Under the pieces are notes generated by a model. It was not told the DNA's origin. It was given only the letters and a program-made list of their open reading frames with translations, and ran no database searches. A stretch of DNA of 64,000 nt from Vicugna vicugna (Eukaryota): contig MU058636.1 of the NCBI GenBank assembly GCA_013265495.1, positions 3,831,967 through 3,895,966 of the forward strand, written 5' to 3'. Shown piece after piece: positions 26,270 through 38,690 of the stretch. Made by a program: the position numbers and the translations under genes. The stretch's first letter is position 1. Each line of letters starts with the position of its first letter.

Positions 26270-28022
26270 GCCAGCAAAATCACTCTTGTAAGGGTCACCA
26301 GTGCCCCTCGTGTTGCTGAATCAGTGCCCAGTCCTCATCCCACTTGCTCCTTTAACACCTGAAGGCACAGATCGCTCAGCTTCCTTCCCGTACTTTGCTC
26401 ACTTGGCTTGAGGACTCCAGCCTCTTTTGGTTTCCTTTCCATCCTGCTTGTTGCTTCTTCTCTGTCTCCCTTACTTGTTCCCCTGCATCTCTGTGATGTA
26501 ATGTCCACAGTGTGACGTTGGAGCCCCCAGAGTTCCATCCTCGGTCCTCTTCTCTTCCATGTCTGCATCACTCCCTCGATGATCCACTCCAGCACCACTG
26601 TTGTCAATTCCCAAATTTATGTCTCTTGTCCGGTCCCCTCCCTGCCCTTCAGCCTGGAATTTCCAACTGCCTTGGATCTATCTCTAAAGGACATCTCCTT
26701 GGATATCTCATGGAATTCAAAATCAAACCCAAACCTGAATCTACATCTTCTCTCTCACACCACTTTCCCCATCTCAGTTGGCGCTAAGTCCATCCTTCCA
26801 GTTGCTCTGGCCAATGTCTAGTATTCACCCTTGACTCCTGTCTCTTACAACCCATTCCAGCCTGTTGGCTCTGCCTTCCTAATCCACCCGGAATTTGGAC
26901 GCTTCTCCCCAGCCCCACCGCTACCATCTACCTTCTCTTCCCTGGATTACTGCAAGAGCCTCGCTGCTCTCCCTGCTTCCGTCCTGCCCCTGTAGTCTGT
27001 TCTCCACATGGCAGCCTGAGACAGCCTGTAAAGCCAGAAGTCAGGTCAGCCCCAGTCCTCCAGTGTGCCCATCTCACTCAGAGCACAGCCCAACGTCTCT
27101 GGCTTGCTCTCCTACTTCCCAACCCTCCCTCCCTCACTCTGTGCCAGCCACACAATCTCCCTGAATATATTTAGGAATTTTTCAGCACTTCTTCCGTGTG
27201 CCTGGCAGGTTCTCCCTGAAAATGTCTGTATCGCTCACTCCCTCAGCCCCTTGAAGTCTTTGCTTAGATGTCACCTCTCAGTGCGGCCACCTCATCCACT
27301 TAATTGCATACTGGAGCAGCCCAGCCCCTGCCCCAGCATTCCCTAACCTTCTTACCTCGTTGTGCTCTTATTTAAATCCATGCATCATTTTTTTTTTGTC
27401 AGTTACAATGTGTCAGTTTCTGGCATACAGCATAATGTTTCAGTCATACATATGCATACATATATATTCATTTTCATTCTTTTTCATTATAGGTTACTAC
27501 AAGATATTGAATATAGTTCCCTGTGCTATACAGAAGAAATTTGGCTTTTATCTATTTTATATATAGTAGTTAATATTTGCAAATCTTGAACTCCCAGTTT
27601 ATCCCTTCCCACCCCTTTTCCCCCTGATAGCCATACATTTGTTTACTATGTCTGTGAGTCTGTTTCTGTTTTGTAGATAAGTCCATTAGTGTCTTCTTTT
27701 TTCTTTCTTTCTTTCTTTTTTTTTTTAGATTCCACATATGAGTGATATCATATGGCATTTTTTTTCTCCTTCTGGCTTACTTCACTTAGAATGACGATCT
27801 CCAGGTCTATCCATGGTGCTGCAAAACCCATGCATTTTATCGCCTTCTAATATGCTCTGTAACTTATCTATTATGTTTGTGGTTTACGGTCTGCTGTCCC
27901 TCATCAGAAGGCAAGCCCCTCAGACGCAGGAGTTTCGTCTGTTTTGTTCACTGTTGTGTCCCAAGCACTTAGCATGGTGCATGGCACATAAGTAGGCGCT
28001 CAGTGAATACATATTGAATGGA
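26270..28022 (+). mobile_element. L2a 3' portion, interrupted by a younger L1
   Basis: ctcttgtaagggtcaccagtg...ggacatctcc...cctggattactgcaagagcctc..., ending agtaggcgctcagtgaatacatattgaatgga. Confidence 0.85.
27386..27827 (-). mobile_element. young, 5'-truncated lineage-specific L1 3' end with 8-bp TSD-like CCATGCAT
   Basis: ttataggttactacaagatattgaatatagttccctgtgctatacag; ttagattccacatatgagtgatatcatatgg; CCATGCAT at 27378-27385 and 27828-27835. Confidence 0.88.
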
Positions 28023-29046
28023 TTTATTAGTGAAGTCAGAATTCATAACGAACTCATCTCCCTCCCAAAGCAGTGCTCTGAAGCATTACACACCAGGAAA
28101 GCTGGGGTTCTGCAGCGACAAGCTCTCCAAGTGTCTCCTGCCCTTCTCCTCCCAGCTCCCCATCCGCCCTCCTACATGTCCCACAGTGTCCTAGGCCCAT
28201 CAGTCCGGTATGTGTATGTCCCCACACACCCCCACCCCGCACTCACACACTCCTCCACCATGTGCTGTCGCACCAGCACTCCCACCCCTAAGTGGTCAAT
28301 AGAGACGGTCACCCCGTCAGGAAGAAGGTAGAGGGTCCACCCCCTCCCACGACCCCCTCTGAACTAGTTTCAGTCTCCGTTTCTCGGAGGAGCCCTCCCT
28401 TCCACAGCCCTGTGGGGACGGCCCTCTGCATACTCCTGGACTTCAACACTCAGCTTCAGGGCAGCCAGCTATTCCCGAACAGGGTCGCCCCCGTCAGGAG
28501 GGGAAAACGTAACAGAAGAGACAACCATCACACAGAGGCTCAGCACCGTCGGAAGTGCTTCCAAGCACACTTGTTCACTCACAGTGATGGGAGGCAGGAA
28601 TCTCTTGCTTCATTTTGGTTACTCTTGAACATGAAAGGGGGACATATCTTGGTCAAGGCCATAAGGAGACCAAGGCTGGGCCTCGAATGTCTTTTGTCCT
28701 GCAAACCTGAGTAGGGTTCCATTTTGTGACAGCAGATCTGTGGGCTCCCACCATCCTGAGGAGATTGATGGAGGGAAGGGAATGAAATATAAAGCAGCAG
28801 AGGCCCCAGGGTCCACCTCAAAACAGGAAGAGTGGAGGTCTGAGCTTTCGGGGGACACACCCACCTCACTGCTGATCCCCTGGGGATGCTCTGGGCCCTT
28901 GACTGTGGATGTAGCCTCTGGCTCAGCCCTGATTCAAGAAACCACAGTGGAGAGTCAGAATTCACCTTCTACCAGGACCCCAGCACCTGAAGACTTATCT
29001 GCTGGTTAGTGTGCTGGGATCTGAACCCGCCTTGAATCTGCTCTAG

Positions 29047-29130
29047 GTTTCCATGGTGATTGCTTCAACTTTTCATCATCCTTCTGTCAGACCTAAGGGG
29101 AGAGCAATGCTCTCTGGTTTCCATGGCAAC
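29047..29130. promoter_or_regulatory. paired RFX X-box motifs
   Basis: GTTTCCATGGTGAT at 29047-29060 and canonical GTTTCCATGGCAAC at 29117-29130. Confidence 0.6.
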
Positions 29131-30966
29131 CACTTAAACATGTATCTCTGTCTGGCTCTGGTGGAAAAGAACTGCTAGAGATCATGCAAATGAACTGGCT
29201 GCTCTCCCTCCGCTTAAAAAAATAAAAATAAAGTGACACACCTGCTCAGAGGTTTCAGATCTCTGCTCACAACAAGAGGGGTGAAAGTGTCAAACTGGTG
29301 TTCGTGGAGGGCCTGCTGCATTGCTTTGACATTTCAAGTGCTCACGCAGGTATGCAGGCGCACATTGGCGTCTGAAGTAATTATCCACACTCAGCACTCG
29401 TCCTCCCCTCCCCTCTGCCTGGCAGATGTAAGAGCTGCAGGTTCAAGGCTGTTTACCTTCCTGCTGCATGCTAAAGGAGGAAGGAAGGACAGGGCCACGG
29501 TGGCTGCCCAACCCAGCCCTTGGCCACCGTGGGCAGGAGGCACAGAGAGCAGGGTCATCACCTCAACTCGCTGTCCATAAACCAGCCACGGGTGGCTGCT
29601 GCCTCGGATTACAGCCCCAAATAACGACGCAATCACAGGGCCCAACTGTTTGGAAATGACTCTGCTTCTCAACTGGAATTCACCGAGCGGAGAACACCCG
29701 CACAGCTCTGAAGGAAGGAGCTCAGAAGTGGGAAGATGAGGGCTCCCTTCCCACATCCCGGACAACTGCCTGTCCTCTACCGTATGACCCACCCCTAAAC
29801 CAGACCCCACAAGAGGCGGCATCGCATCCGGCCAAGCAGCCACAGACAGATTTGCAGCTGTTTTGAAACTAAGTACCAACACGTAAAGTTCTGGCAATTT
29901 CCAGTGAAAAATGGAGACTTCCCACTTCTTTGGGAAATTCGGCAGGTCTGCCTCAGTGTGACCGCCGAGGGTCCGCTGGATTGCAGTAGCACCAGCCTCA
30001 GGAGGTGAAGCCTGGGCTTCTCTGCTCCCCCAGTCCTGGGAAAGAGCTGGACCTTAACTCGTGCTAACAGGCCCAAGACCCAGATCAAACCGCTCACCCT
30101 TCAGCTGATGGCTGAAGTCACAAGCAATGAAAGAGGATTCTTCTCTGGGGTTCGGGGGTCGGGTGGGTGTGGGGGACTGAAGACAAATGTTCTCCCACCT
30201 TCTTCCTCCAAGGTCCTTTAGTCACCTTTAACTAGGCCGGAGGTCAGGGGAAAGCAGGTGGGTGGTTGGGAGATGCACTCACGTGAGTGTATTTCAAATT
30301 TCTTCCACCATCTTCTGATAAGAATAACGTCTCCAGCCTACAGGAAGGCCCCCGATTTCTTCTGTGTGATACTTCCGTGTGATGCTACCATTTTATCCTA
30401 CTGCTTAGTAGACTCATAAGCCCAGAAGTCATTTGAATGAAAATATCTGTCACAGTAATTGCAGGATGAAATTGGCTGGGTAGTTGATGAAGCCAATAGG
30501 CCCCAGTTTATGTGCCAGACAGTCCCGGACTTGGCGCCACCGTTGCCTTGATGACAAGCTTTTATCCTCCTAAGTGTAAGTTTTCTTACCTATGAGCAGG
30601 AGGTGAAGGTGTCTGCCCACTGAGTTTCTGTGAGGCTTGAACAAGATGGTGTGTGGAGAGGCTCTGGCACTTGGTAGGGATGTCATAGAAGTCCATCTGC
30701 TCAGAATGAGATGGTCTTTTCGTGTTTCCTCTCTTCGCCTGGTGGCCCTTCTTGTTCTTTTCTAGAGGAGGCATGGGGGAACCTCGTTTTCTGTACAGCA
30801 GTACTTTCATTCTTCAGACTGTACAGTTTAACACCTGGGGGTGAAAAAGAAGAAAACCCCAGTCCTCGTTGAAACTGAGCCTGAGTCCTTTAAAAATTAG
30901 TAACTTCTCAGAAAATTAACTGATCATGTTAAGAAGCTGTGTTTTGCTTTTCTGTGAATATTTTAG

Positions 30967-31209
30967 GGTGCACTATGGGAACAACAAATGTCAAGCGAAA
31001 GAAGAAAGAGATAAGGATGTTAGAAAAGATGTCAAGACAAGAAAAGGCCAGGCGCTCCTCAGTTTGCCCCAAAGACGAGCAGAATGTGATCAAACAGTTT
31101 TTAACGTCTATAAGGGAGTCAAGGCATTTTCGTTCTGTACGAGAAAGAACTTGCTGCTGACAGGTGGAATGGATCGAATAATTAGCATCTGGAATCCTTA
31201 TCTGCCTGG
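30967..31209 (+). pseudogene. WDR95: exon e (243 nt, -1 frameshift): CTMGTTNVKRKKKEIR/DVRKDVK...KGVKAFSFCTRKNLLLTGGMDRIISIWNPYLPG
   Basis: ttttAG acceptor, GG|GTAAGC donor; the flanking phases (1 and 2) require 244 nt; the two halves lie in ORFs 30939..31160 and 30926..31213. Confidence 0.9.
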
Positions 31210-31215
31210 GTAAGC

Positions 31216-31289
31216 TTTTTGTTATTATTATTATTACTGAAGCAGAGTCAATTACAATGCGTCAGTTTCTGGTGTACAGTGCAATGTCC
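31216..31289 (-). mobile_element. very short L1 3' tail
   Basis: (TTA)n tail + gtcaattacaatgcgtcagtttctggtgtacag, similar to 27398-27430 in this window. Confidence 0.7.
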
Positions 31290-33063
31290 TTTCTCTCTCC
31301 AACCAAAAGAGCCCTTGATCTAGCAAGTACATGACAGCAGGACAAGGAATCACTAATTCCCCTTTAGAATAACTTAAGAACACTTATCCAGAGTTGCCCT
31401 CCCTTACACACAGCCTGGGGGACTTCTGTCTGCGGCTACTGAAGAGTCATTCTTTGGGGTTAATCACCTAAAATGCAAATACCTTGCAGGGACCATTCAC
31501 TCAGAATCGGAATGTTTTCTTTGATCAGATTGCTATGGTCCTTACAACGAACGATGACCAGTTGTAGAGAGTGTGCAGGGGTTTTGATGTGTAATCAAGG
31601 TCCTTTCTGTGTACCTCCCCGACAGCCCTGAGCTTACACACGAGCTCTCCACTAGAGTTGTTTAGCCCCATCTGAACGAATGACTCTGCCACCTCTGAAG
31701 TGTAGCAGAATTGACATAAGGAAATGGGGATTGTTCTGGAAAGCCTGGAATTGGGGTAGCAGTGTAACACCTCCCCATCAGAGGGGCAGACGGTTGCCAT
31801 CACACCCTCAATGTGTAATCATCACAATCCTTAGAACTGGGCTCACGTCTTTCATGGGTGCCGCTCCAGAGCAAGTGCTCAGTAACACTTTCTGGGTAAT
31901 TACAGCGGCCCTCACTTAACTGAGCATCTACTTTGTCCTGGGCACTGTGCGCCATTTGCATTCTCTCTAGTCCTCACCTCAACTCCGTTTACCAAGGGAG
32001 AACTCGAAGGTCAGAGGAGGTAAGTGACTTTTTGGAAGTAATTCCAGAATCGGGGATCGAAAGCAGCTTGGCTTCTAAAAGCCTATGTCATTTCTGTCAG
32101 TAAGTGTTGAAGAAGGAAGGAGAGCAGAAAATGGGGCGTTGATAGTAGGATTTGGGGATAAGAACGGGTCATCGAGGAAAGCCCAGATTCCTGTCTGAGC
32201 CCCTGTCCAGGCGTCAGTGAGGACCCACCAGGTGCCCCCTGCCCCTCTCAGCCGCAGCGGGCAGCCACGAGGCAGGGCTGTGTGGCAGGGAGGCACTGCG
32301 GGGCAGCTGATCCAGCGTCTGTCCCTTTCTAGCTGGGTGATTCCGAGCATGGGCTGCAGCCTCTGCTTCCTCAGCCACAGCAATGGTACCAAGAAGACCC
32401 ACTCCTGGCGTGGCAATAAAGATCACAAACGAGACGGTCCACGCAGAGCACGCAGCGCAACATCAGATCCCTGGTAAGAAAGAAACATGATTTTTCTCTC
32501 TGCTTCTGTTCCCTAGACTCCCATGTGTCTGCAGATTGAGAACAATTGGCTTACTTTCCGGTGACTTGCTTATAAAAAGACTTTGTGCTCTCCCGTCAGC
32601 CTCAGCCCTGCCCCTCTTCTCCCGACCCCCAGCCTCCCACCGCACGCCCAGCCCTGAGCCCCTCAGGGCACTGTGGTCCCTCAGAGCTCCTTAAAATAAA
32701 CCCGTGTTAAAAAGACACTCGCCCCAGATCCGAATGCTGCATGGAGCTACAACCTGCATGGAATGTACCCCAACCCCAGCCTGCGCTCTTCCGTGCCTGT
32801 TCCGTCTATGGTGACTTTGTCGGCCGTGGGAGAAGCAAAGCCCCGGGCTTCACCTCACACGGAGCTGTGCTGCTAGAGCTGGGTGTTATTTGCTTCAGTC
32901 CTTTTCTCACACAAGATCTGTACTTGTTTAATTTCAGAGGGAGACATAACCCTCCCCAGGCTGAACAGAGCTGCCAGATCCGGGCCAAGTTTAGTCTCGC
33001 ATTTTCATTTAGAAATCGCAGGTAGCACTGCTTGGCGTTCATCTGTTCTTCGTTCCATCCTAG

Positions 33064-33169
33064 AAAACCAACAGGTGTGCTGAAGAGCCACACAGCTCCA
33101 GTGACCTACGTCCATGTGTCTCCTGAGGATAACAAAATATTTTCCACGTCCACCAACAGCACGATTAAC
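33064..33169 (+). pseudogene. WDR95: exon f (106 nt): KPTGVLKSHTAPVTYVHVSPEDNKIFSTSTNSTIN
   Basis: ccatcctAG acceptor; WD-repeat-like translation; weak donor AAC|GTCTTT; phase 2 to 0. Confidence 0.88.
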
Positions 33170-33959
33170 GTCTTTGCCCTCTTCTGTTTTGATGTGTTAT
33201 CCAATATGGTTTCAGACAGAGAAGGTGTCGTGTTTCATGTTCATGCTTTCATTCCTCTCTCCGTAGACTTCAGGGCTCTGAGTTAGCGGATACTCAAATG
33301 GTGTTTATGTTGGGGGTTTGCTTTGAAAAGGGAGACAATGTTGGCAGTGGAGGGGAGCCTCTCAGAGAACTTTCTTTACCTGGTGTTTTATTGGGATGAA
33401 TAAACATGACAGCCTCTAGGCCCCTGCTTGCGTTCTGTCCAAAGATTCCCTGTGAGGGTGTTGATCGGAGGATGGAGAAGGGGAGCCGGGGACAGAAAGT
33501 GGACAGAGGAGGCAGCGGTCCCTCGCCACGATAGGTTATCATCTTATCTTGCGGTACCCGTAGGGCCAGTAGGCCCTTTCTGAAATGTTGTCTGTAAATC
33601 TTAGAAGTTAAACATTTCTGGCACTGGTAGCGACATCACCACCTTCATTTTGTTTGCCTTCACAGAGGCAAACACCCTGTGATCAGTCACTTTGTGGCCT
33701 TTGTAAGACACTATTTTTTATACAAAAAAAAATCACTAACTTGTTTCATCCACCATCTCATATACCTTTCCAATGAATAAGACAAATTTGCATGATTCAT
33801 CCACCTTCTTTTCAAGACTGTCACAGGGCCAGAGGGTGGGAGTTTAGAGCAGTGTGAGTCAAAGGAATGCTGGACCCTCAGGAAGGAGGTCAGATTCACT
33901 GCCCTGTACAGACACAGAAATCAGTCCACTGACTCCTCACATAGTAAATGATTGACAGA

Positions 33960-34252
33960 TGATAAGGGCTAAATTGTGTCCCCTCAAAAGTCATATGTCA
34001 AAGCCTTAACCCCCAGCACCTTAGAATGTGACTGTATTTGGAGATGGGGCCTATACGGAAGCAATGAAGGTTAAATGAGGTCATGTTGGCAGGCCCTAAT
34101 CCAACAGGACTGGTGTCCTTATAAGAGGAGGAAATCAGGACACTTGGACCTAAAGGCAACCATGCAAAGACACTGCAAGGAAGTGGTCATCTGCAAGCCA
34201 AGAGGGAGGCCTCGGAAGAAACCAAACCTGTCTACACCTTGATTTTGAACTT
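33960..34252 (+). mobile_element. MLT1 (ERVL-MaLR) LTR, truncated
   Basis: aattgtgtccc...gaatgtgactgtatttggagat...gccctaatccaa..gactggtgtccttataagag. Confidence 0.85.
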
Positions 34253-34254
34253 GA

Positions 34255-35455
34255 GTCCCTTACTTCACACCACATACAAAAGGTAACTCAAAATGGATCG
34301 TAGACTAAATGTAAAAAGAGCCACATCTACAAAATTCTTAGGAGAAAACAGGAATAAATCTTCATGACCTTGGACTAGGCAGTGACTTCTTAGCTATGAC
34401 ATCAAAAGTACAAGAGACAAGAGGGAAAAAACAAGTTGTACTTCATCAAAAATAAAAACTTGTGCTTCAAAGGACACTATTAAGAAAGTGATTAGACAAT
34501 CTACATAATGCGATAAAACATTTGCAAATCACATGTCTGATGAGGGATTTGTATCTAGAATACAAAGAACTCAATGTTCAGCAAAAAAACACAAATAGCT
34601 TAATTTTTAAATCAGCAAAGAACTTGGACAGAAATTTCTTCAAAGAAAATATTCAAATGGCCTGGCCAAAAACACAGGACAAGATGCTCAACATCATTAG
34701 TCATTATGAAAGTACAAACTAAAACCACAAATGAAACACCACTTCACACCCGTTAGGGTGGCTAAAATCAAAAGATAGATGATAACAAGTATTGACAAGG
34801 GTGTGGAGAAACTGGAGCCTTCATGTATTGCTGGTAGGAATTTAAAATGGTACAGCCACTTTGGAAAATATTTTGGCAGTTTCTCAAGTAGAGTTAACAT
34901 ATGACCTAGCAACTCTGCTCCTAGGTTTGCACCCCAGAGAACTGAAAACATCTGTTCACACAAACACTTGCATATGAATATTTATAGCAGCGCTATTCGT
35001 GATAGCCAACACATAGAAATAAACCAAATGTCTGTGAACTGAGGAATGGATAAACAAAATCTGGTATATCCACACAATGAAATATTATTCAGCAACGAAA
35101 AGAAATGAAGCACCAACACATGCTACAACTTGAAAAAGTTTGAGCAGCTTTAATTGTTAAGTGTGAAAGCCAATTACAAAAGGCCAAGTATTGTATGATT
35201 CTATTTATATAAAACGTTCAGATTAAACAAATACACAGAGACAGAAATGAGTTTAGTACTTGCCAGGGGGTGGGGAGAAGTGGGACTAGGGAGTGGCTAC
35301 TGATGGTATGGAGTTTCTTTTTGGAGTAATTACAATTTTTTGAAAATAGATAGTGGTGATGATTGTACAACTCTGTGACTACGCTAAAAACCACTGAATT
35401 GTAGACTTTAAGAAGGCAAATTTTGTAGTGGATTAAATGTCAATAAAATTGTTAC
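34255..35455 (+). mobile_element. L1MB-type ORF2 end + 3' UTR
   Basis: aactcaaaatggatc, gatgctcaacatcattagtcatta, ggtacagccactttggaaa, atggataaacaaaatctggtatatcc. Confidence 0.92.
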
Positions 35456-37410
35456 TTTTTTTTAAGAGCGGAGAGAGAGGCCAAACACTGTGATGAGGAA
35501 GACGGTGGGTGAGAAGAGCGTAAGATCAGAAGCGCAGTGGTGGATGCGTCAGAGAGAGTCCTCCTGAGTTGAGGGGAGCTGTCAGGGCTGGAGGTATAAA
35601 TTTGGGAATCATTAGCATTTAGATGAAATTTTAAGCCACGGAGTGGATGAGATCACAAAAGGAGCAAGAGTGGGGAAAGGAGAGGAAAGCCCCAGACTGA
35701 GCACGGGGACACGGTGATGTTCCACGATTCATTGTTTGTGGGTCCAACATGGCTCCTGTATAGTGAGCTCGCAGTCCATCTCATGGCAACGGAGAAGCTA
35801 TTTTAGACAAAATTAGGTGCTGAGATCAGAGTCAGGGATACAACGGGACCCAAACTCAATTCAATCCCCCAAGAAAATATGATTAAAATGGTGAGATTTA
35901 TGGACTTCAGCTTTTGATTTATTTTGAAAATCAAATTCATCCAAATGCATCCTCCAAGGCCACAAAGTTGGAGATTTCATATTTTTAATGCACTTTTTTT
36001 TTCAAAACTTGCCACCCTCAGATAATCATAATTCTGTATGTGAGGACACATCTTCTATCCTATTTTATTTTCCTAGTGCCTCTCCATTTTCTTCCAATCT
36101 AAACTCATGATTACAAGATTAGCATCTTGCCTGTGATGATTCAGGCATATTGAATCACTTCCCGAAGTGTGTTTAAAATATATTGAAATCCTATCTTGGA
36201 AATATGGCATAATTTATTTCAGAATATATTATTCCTATCAAATAAAAACTAATCAACTAGGAGCCAAACAGCTAAATTTCTAGCATGCCTGATCACATAG
36301 TCCTCTTTCTTTGAAGTGATTTTTTTAGCCCAAATAGTTCACGTCTCTAAATCATGGGGACACACGAAACGTTTCAGGAGTCTGCTGATTTCTGGCATTC
36401 TCTAGAGAAGAGTGAAGTGACAGATTCAGATTTCCATTTTCACTTGTTAGTTTCTGTGAATTTAATATTGCACACCACAAAGACAGCTGTTTTGTGTCAA
36501 CAGGAATTAGGATGGAAAGAAAGTTATTTCTTGGAAGGAAGATAGCATGGCTGTTAGTTAAGGTAAGGCTTGCCACTGTAACAGATAAATCCCATATTTT
36601 CCATCGATTGAAACAAGAGAAAGTTATTTCTGTCTACTGTAAGAATCCAGCATTTATGAGCCATTTATGCAATCTTCCTTGCTAATGCCGGTGCTCCTGG
36701 GGAGGGGCACCTTTTCTCCTTCAAGAACAGGACTGTCTCCATATGAGTTCCCACCTTGCTTAGGTTCTCAGATTCCTCTCAATCTAGGAACAAGTGTGAG
36801 AATAGAGAAGGCATATCTGTCTCTTTAAAAATCCCAGCCATAAATGACACATTATGTTCTCTCACATTCTACTGCTTTGTGCATGACTCTGGGTGAGAGG
36901 GGAACTGGGAAATGCCTTAGTCCAGTAGCTGCTCCCCAGTAACTTTACGCTGTGGACAGGAAGATTTGGAGGAGGTGCAGACAGAATGCCTTGGAAACAG
37001 GCAGGCTTGGGTTTAAGCTCTGAATCTACCACAAATTAGGCGACCTTGGGTGAAGTCATCAATCCTTCTGAAGTAAGTTACCTAATTCTTTTGCACGTTG
37101 GTTTACTCTTCTGCAAAATGGGAGGGAGGGCCACCTTGTGGGTTAGTTGTGTTCATAAAAGGTCGTGTATGAACTGTGCTCGCTACAGAGTAGTTTTACC
37201 AGGTGAGACTCTTTTGAGCCAAAGAGACAAAAATCTAACCCAAATAGTTGAAGCCGAAAAGGGAGAATTTGAAGGACTCAGTGCACTACTGCTGGTTTAA
37301 AGACAGAGGGGAAACAGGACGAGGAGCGGAGGTGCCTAAGGAGCTGAGAGAGGCTCCTAGTCAAGAGCCAGCGAAGAGACAGGACCCCATCCCTCCAAAC
37401 ACAAGCGAGA

Positions 37411-38348
37411 AGGTTCAAGATGGCAGCGCAGGAAGATCCTGAACTGACCTCCTCCCTTGGACACAAATCTACAGCTACAAATGGAATAATTTCCTCAGTA
37501 AGAGATCTGAAAACTGGATAAACAGAGCAACCACAACAACAGGTAAAAAGACAGCGTTGAGATGTGCAGGAGAGTCAGAGACAGAGGCTCCCAAGAAAAG
37601 ACTGCCCCCTGTGCACAACTGGGAGGGACCGCAACAGGACAGATCTTCCCCTGAGGAGTGAGGGGTGTGAGCTCCACATCAGGCACCCAACCCCTAGATC
37701 CTACGCAGAAGAAATAAGCCCCCAAATCACCTGGCTGTGAAAACCAGTGGGGAATGTGCCCGGAAAAAACTACAGAACTGCAGGGAACAAAAACTCCTGC
37801 TCTTAAAAGGCTGATGTGCGGACTCACCCAACCTGAAAACCAGTGCAAAAACACCAGTTGATCAGTGTATGTTTCATAGGTGGAGAGTACCCATTTACTA
37901 GTCTTCAAGTGTCTGCTGGAGAAGCAGGAGCCAGCTGGGATACTTCCTGGGCACTGAGTCGCTGACAGGAGCCATTCATGCGCTCTGTCTTCCTTGCTAA
38001 TGCCGGTGCTGGTGGGCACCGTTTTGGAATTCTCCATCTAAGCTGTTGGCACCAGTGGGCAAGCCCCACTGACAGCCCCGTCCACCCCACACCCTGGCAG
38101 GGTCCCACAGCCAGGGAAACAATAGCCTGGCTCACCAGCTCCCCAAGGCAGCCACAGCCCCGCCACAGCCGGAGGGCACGTGCAGCCCACATAGGGCACA
38201 CCCCTTGAACCCCTGGCTCTGGTGGCCAGGCAGGCTTGCTCTTCTGAGCCCCAGAGGACATCTCTTAAATAAGGCCATTCCTTCAAGACTGGAGACATAG
38301 CTGATCTACATAATACATAGTAACAAACACAGAGAAGCAGGCAAAATG
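37411..38348 (+). mobile_element. isolated L1 5' UTR ending at the ORF1 start
   Basis: Begins ggttcaagatggc...gaagatcctgaactgacctcctccc; ends ctaatacatag-like...aaacacagagaagcaggcaaaATG. Confidence 0.75.
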
Positions 38349-38529
38349 CAGCCACTCCTTGCAATTCTCATCAGATTACAGAACCTTAAGATCCCACATG
38401 AACCACAGCATGACTTGGTGCCAATCAAAATCAATGATTAACAATAATATTATCATTCTAACTATATTATACCATTTTCTAGCCACTATCATAAACACTC
38501 TTTATTAAAATTTTAAATTCCTTAAAACA

Positions 38530-38690
38530 ACTCTATAAGGTAAGTACTGTTCTTATTCTCCCCATTTTACAGATGAAGAAACTGAGGGAAAGTGAGTATA
38601 GTAATTTGCCCAAGGCCACACAGCCGTAAGGCAGTGAAGCTGGGATTCCTGGGCAGGGGTTTGGGACCTCCATGCTCTCAACCAATAGCC
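38530..38690 (-). mobile_element. MIR SINE
   Basis: ctccccattttacagatgaagaaactgagg...aatttgcccaaggccacacagc. Confidence 0.85.
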
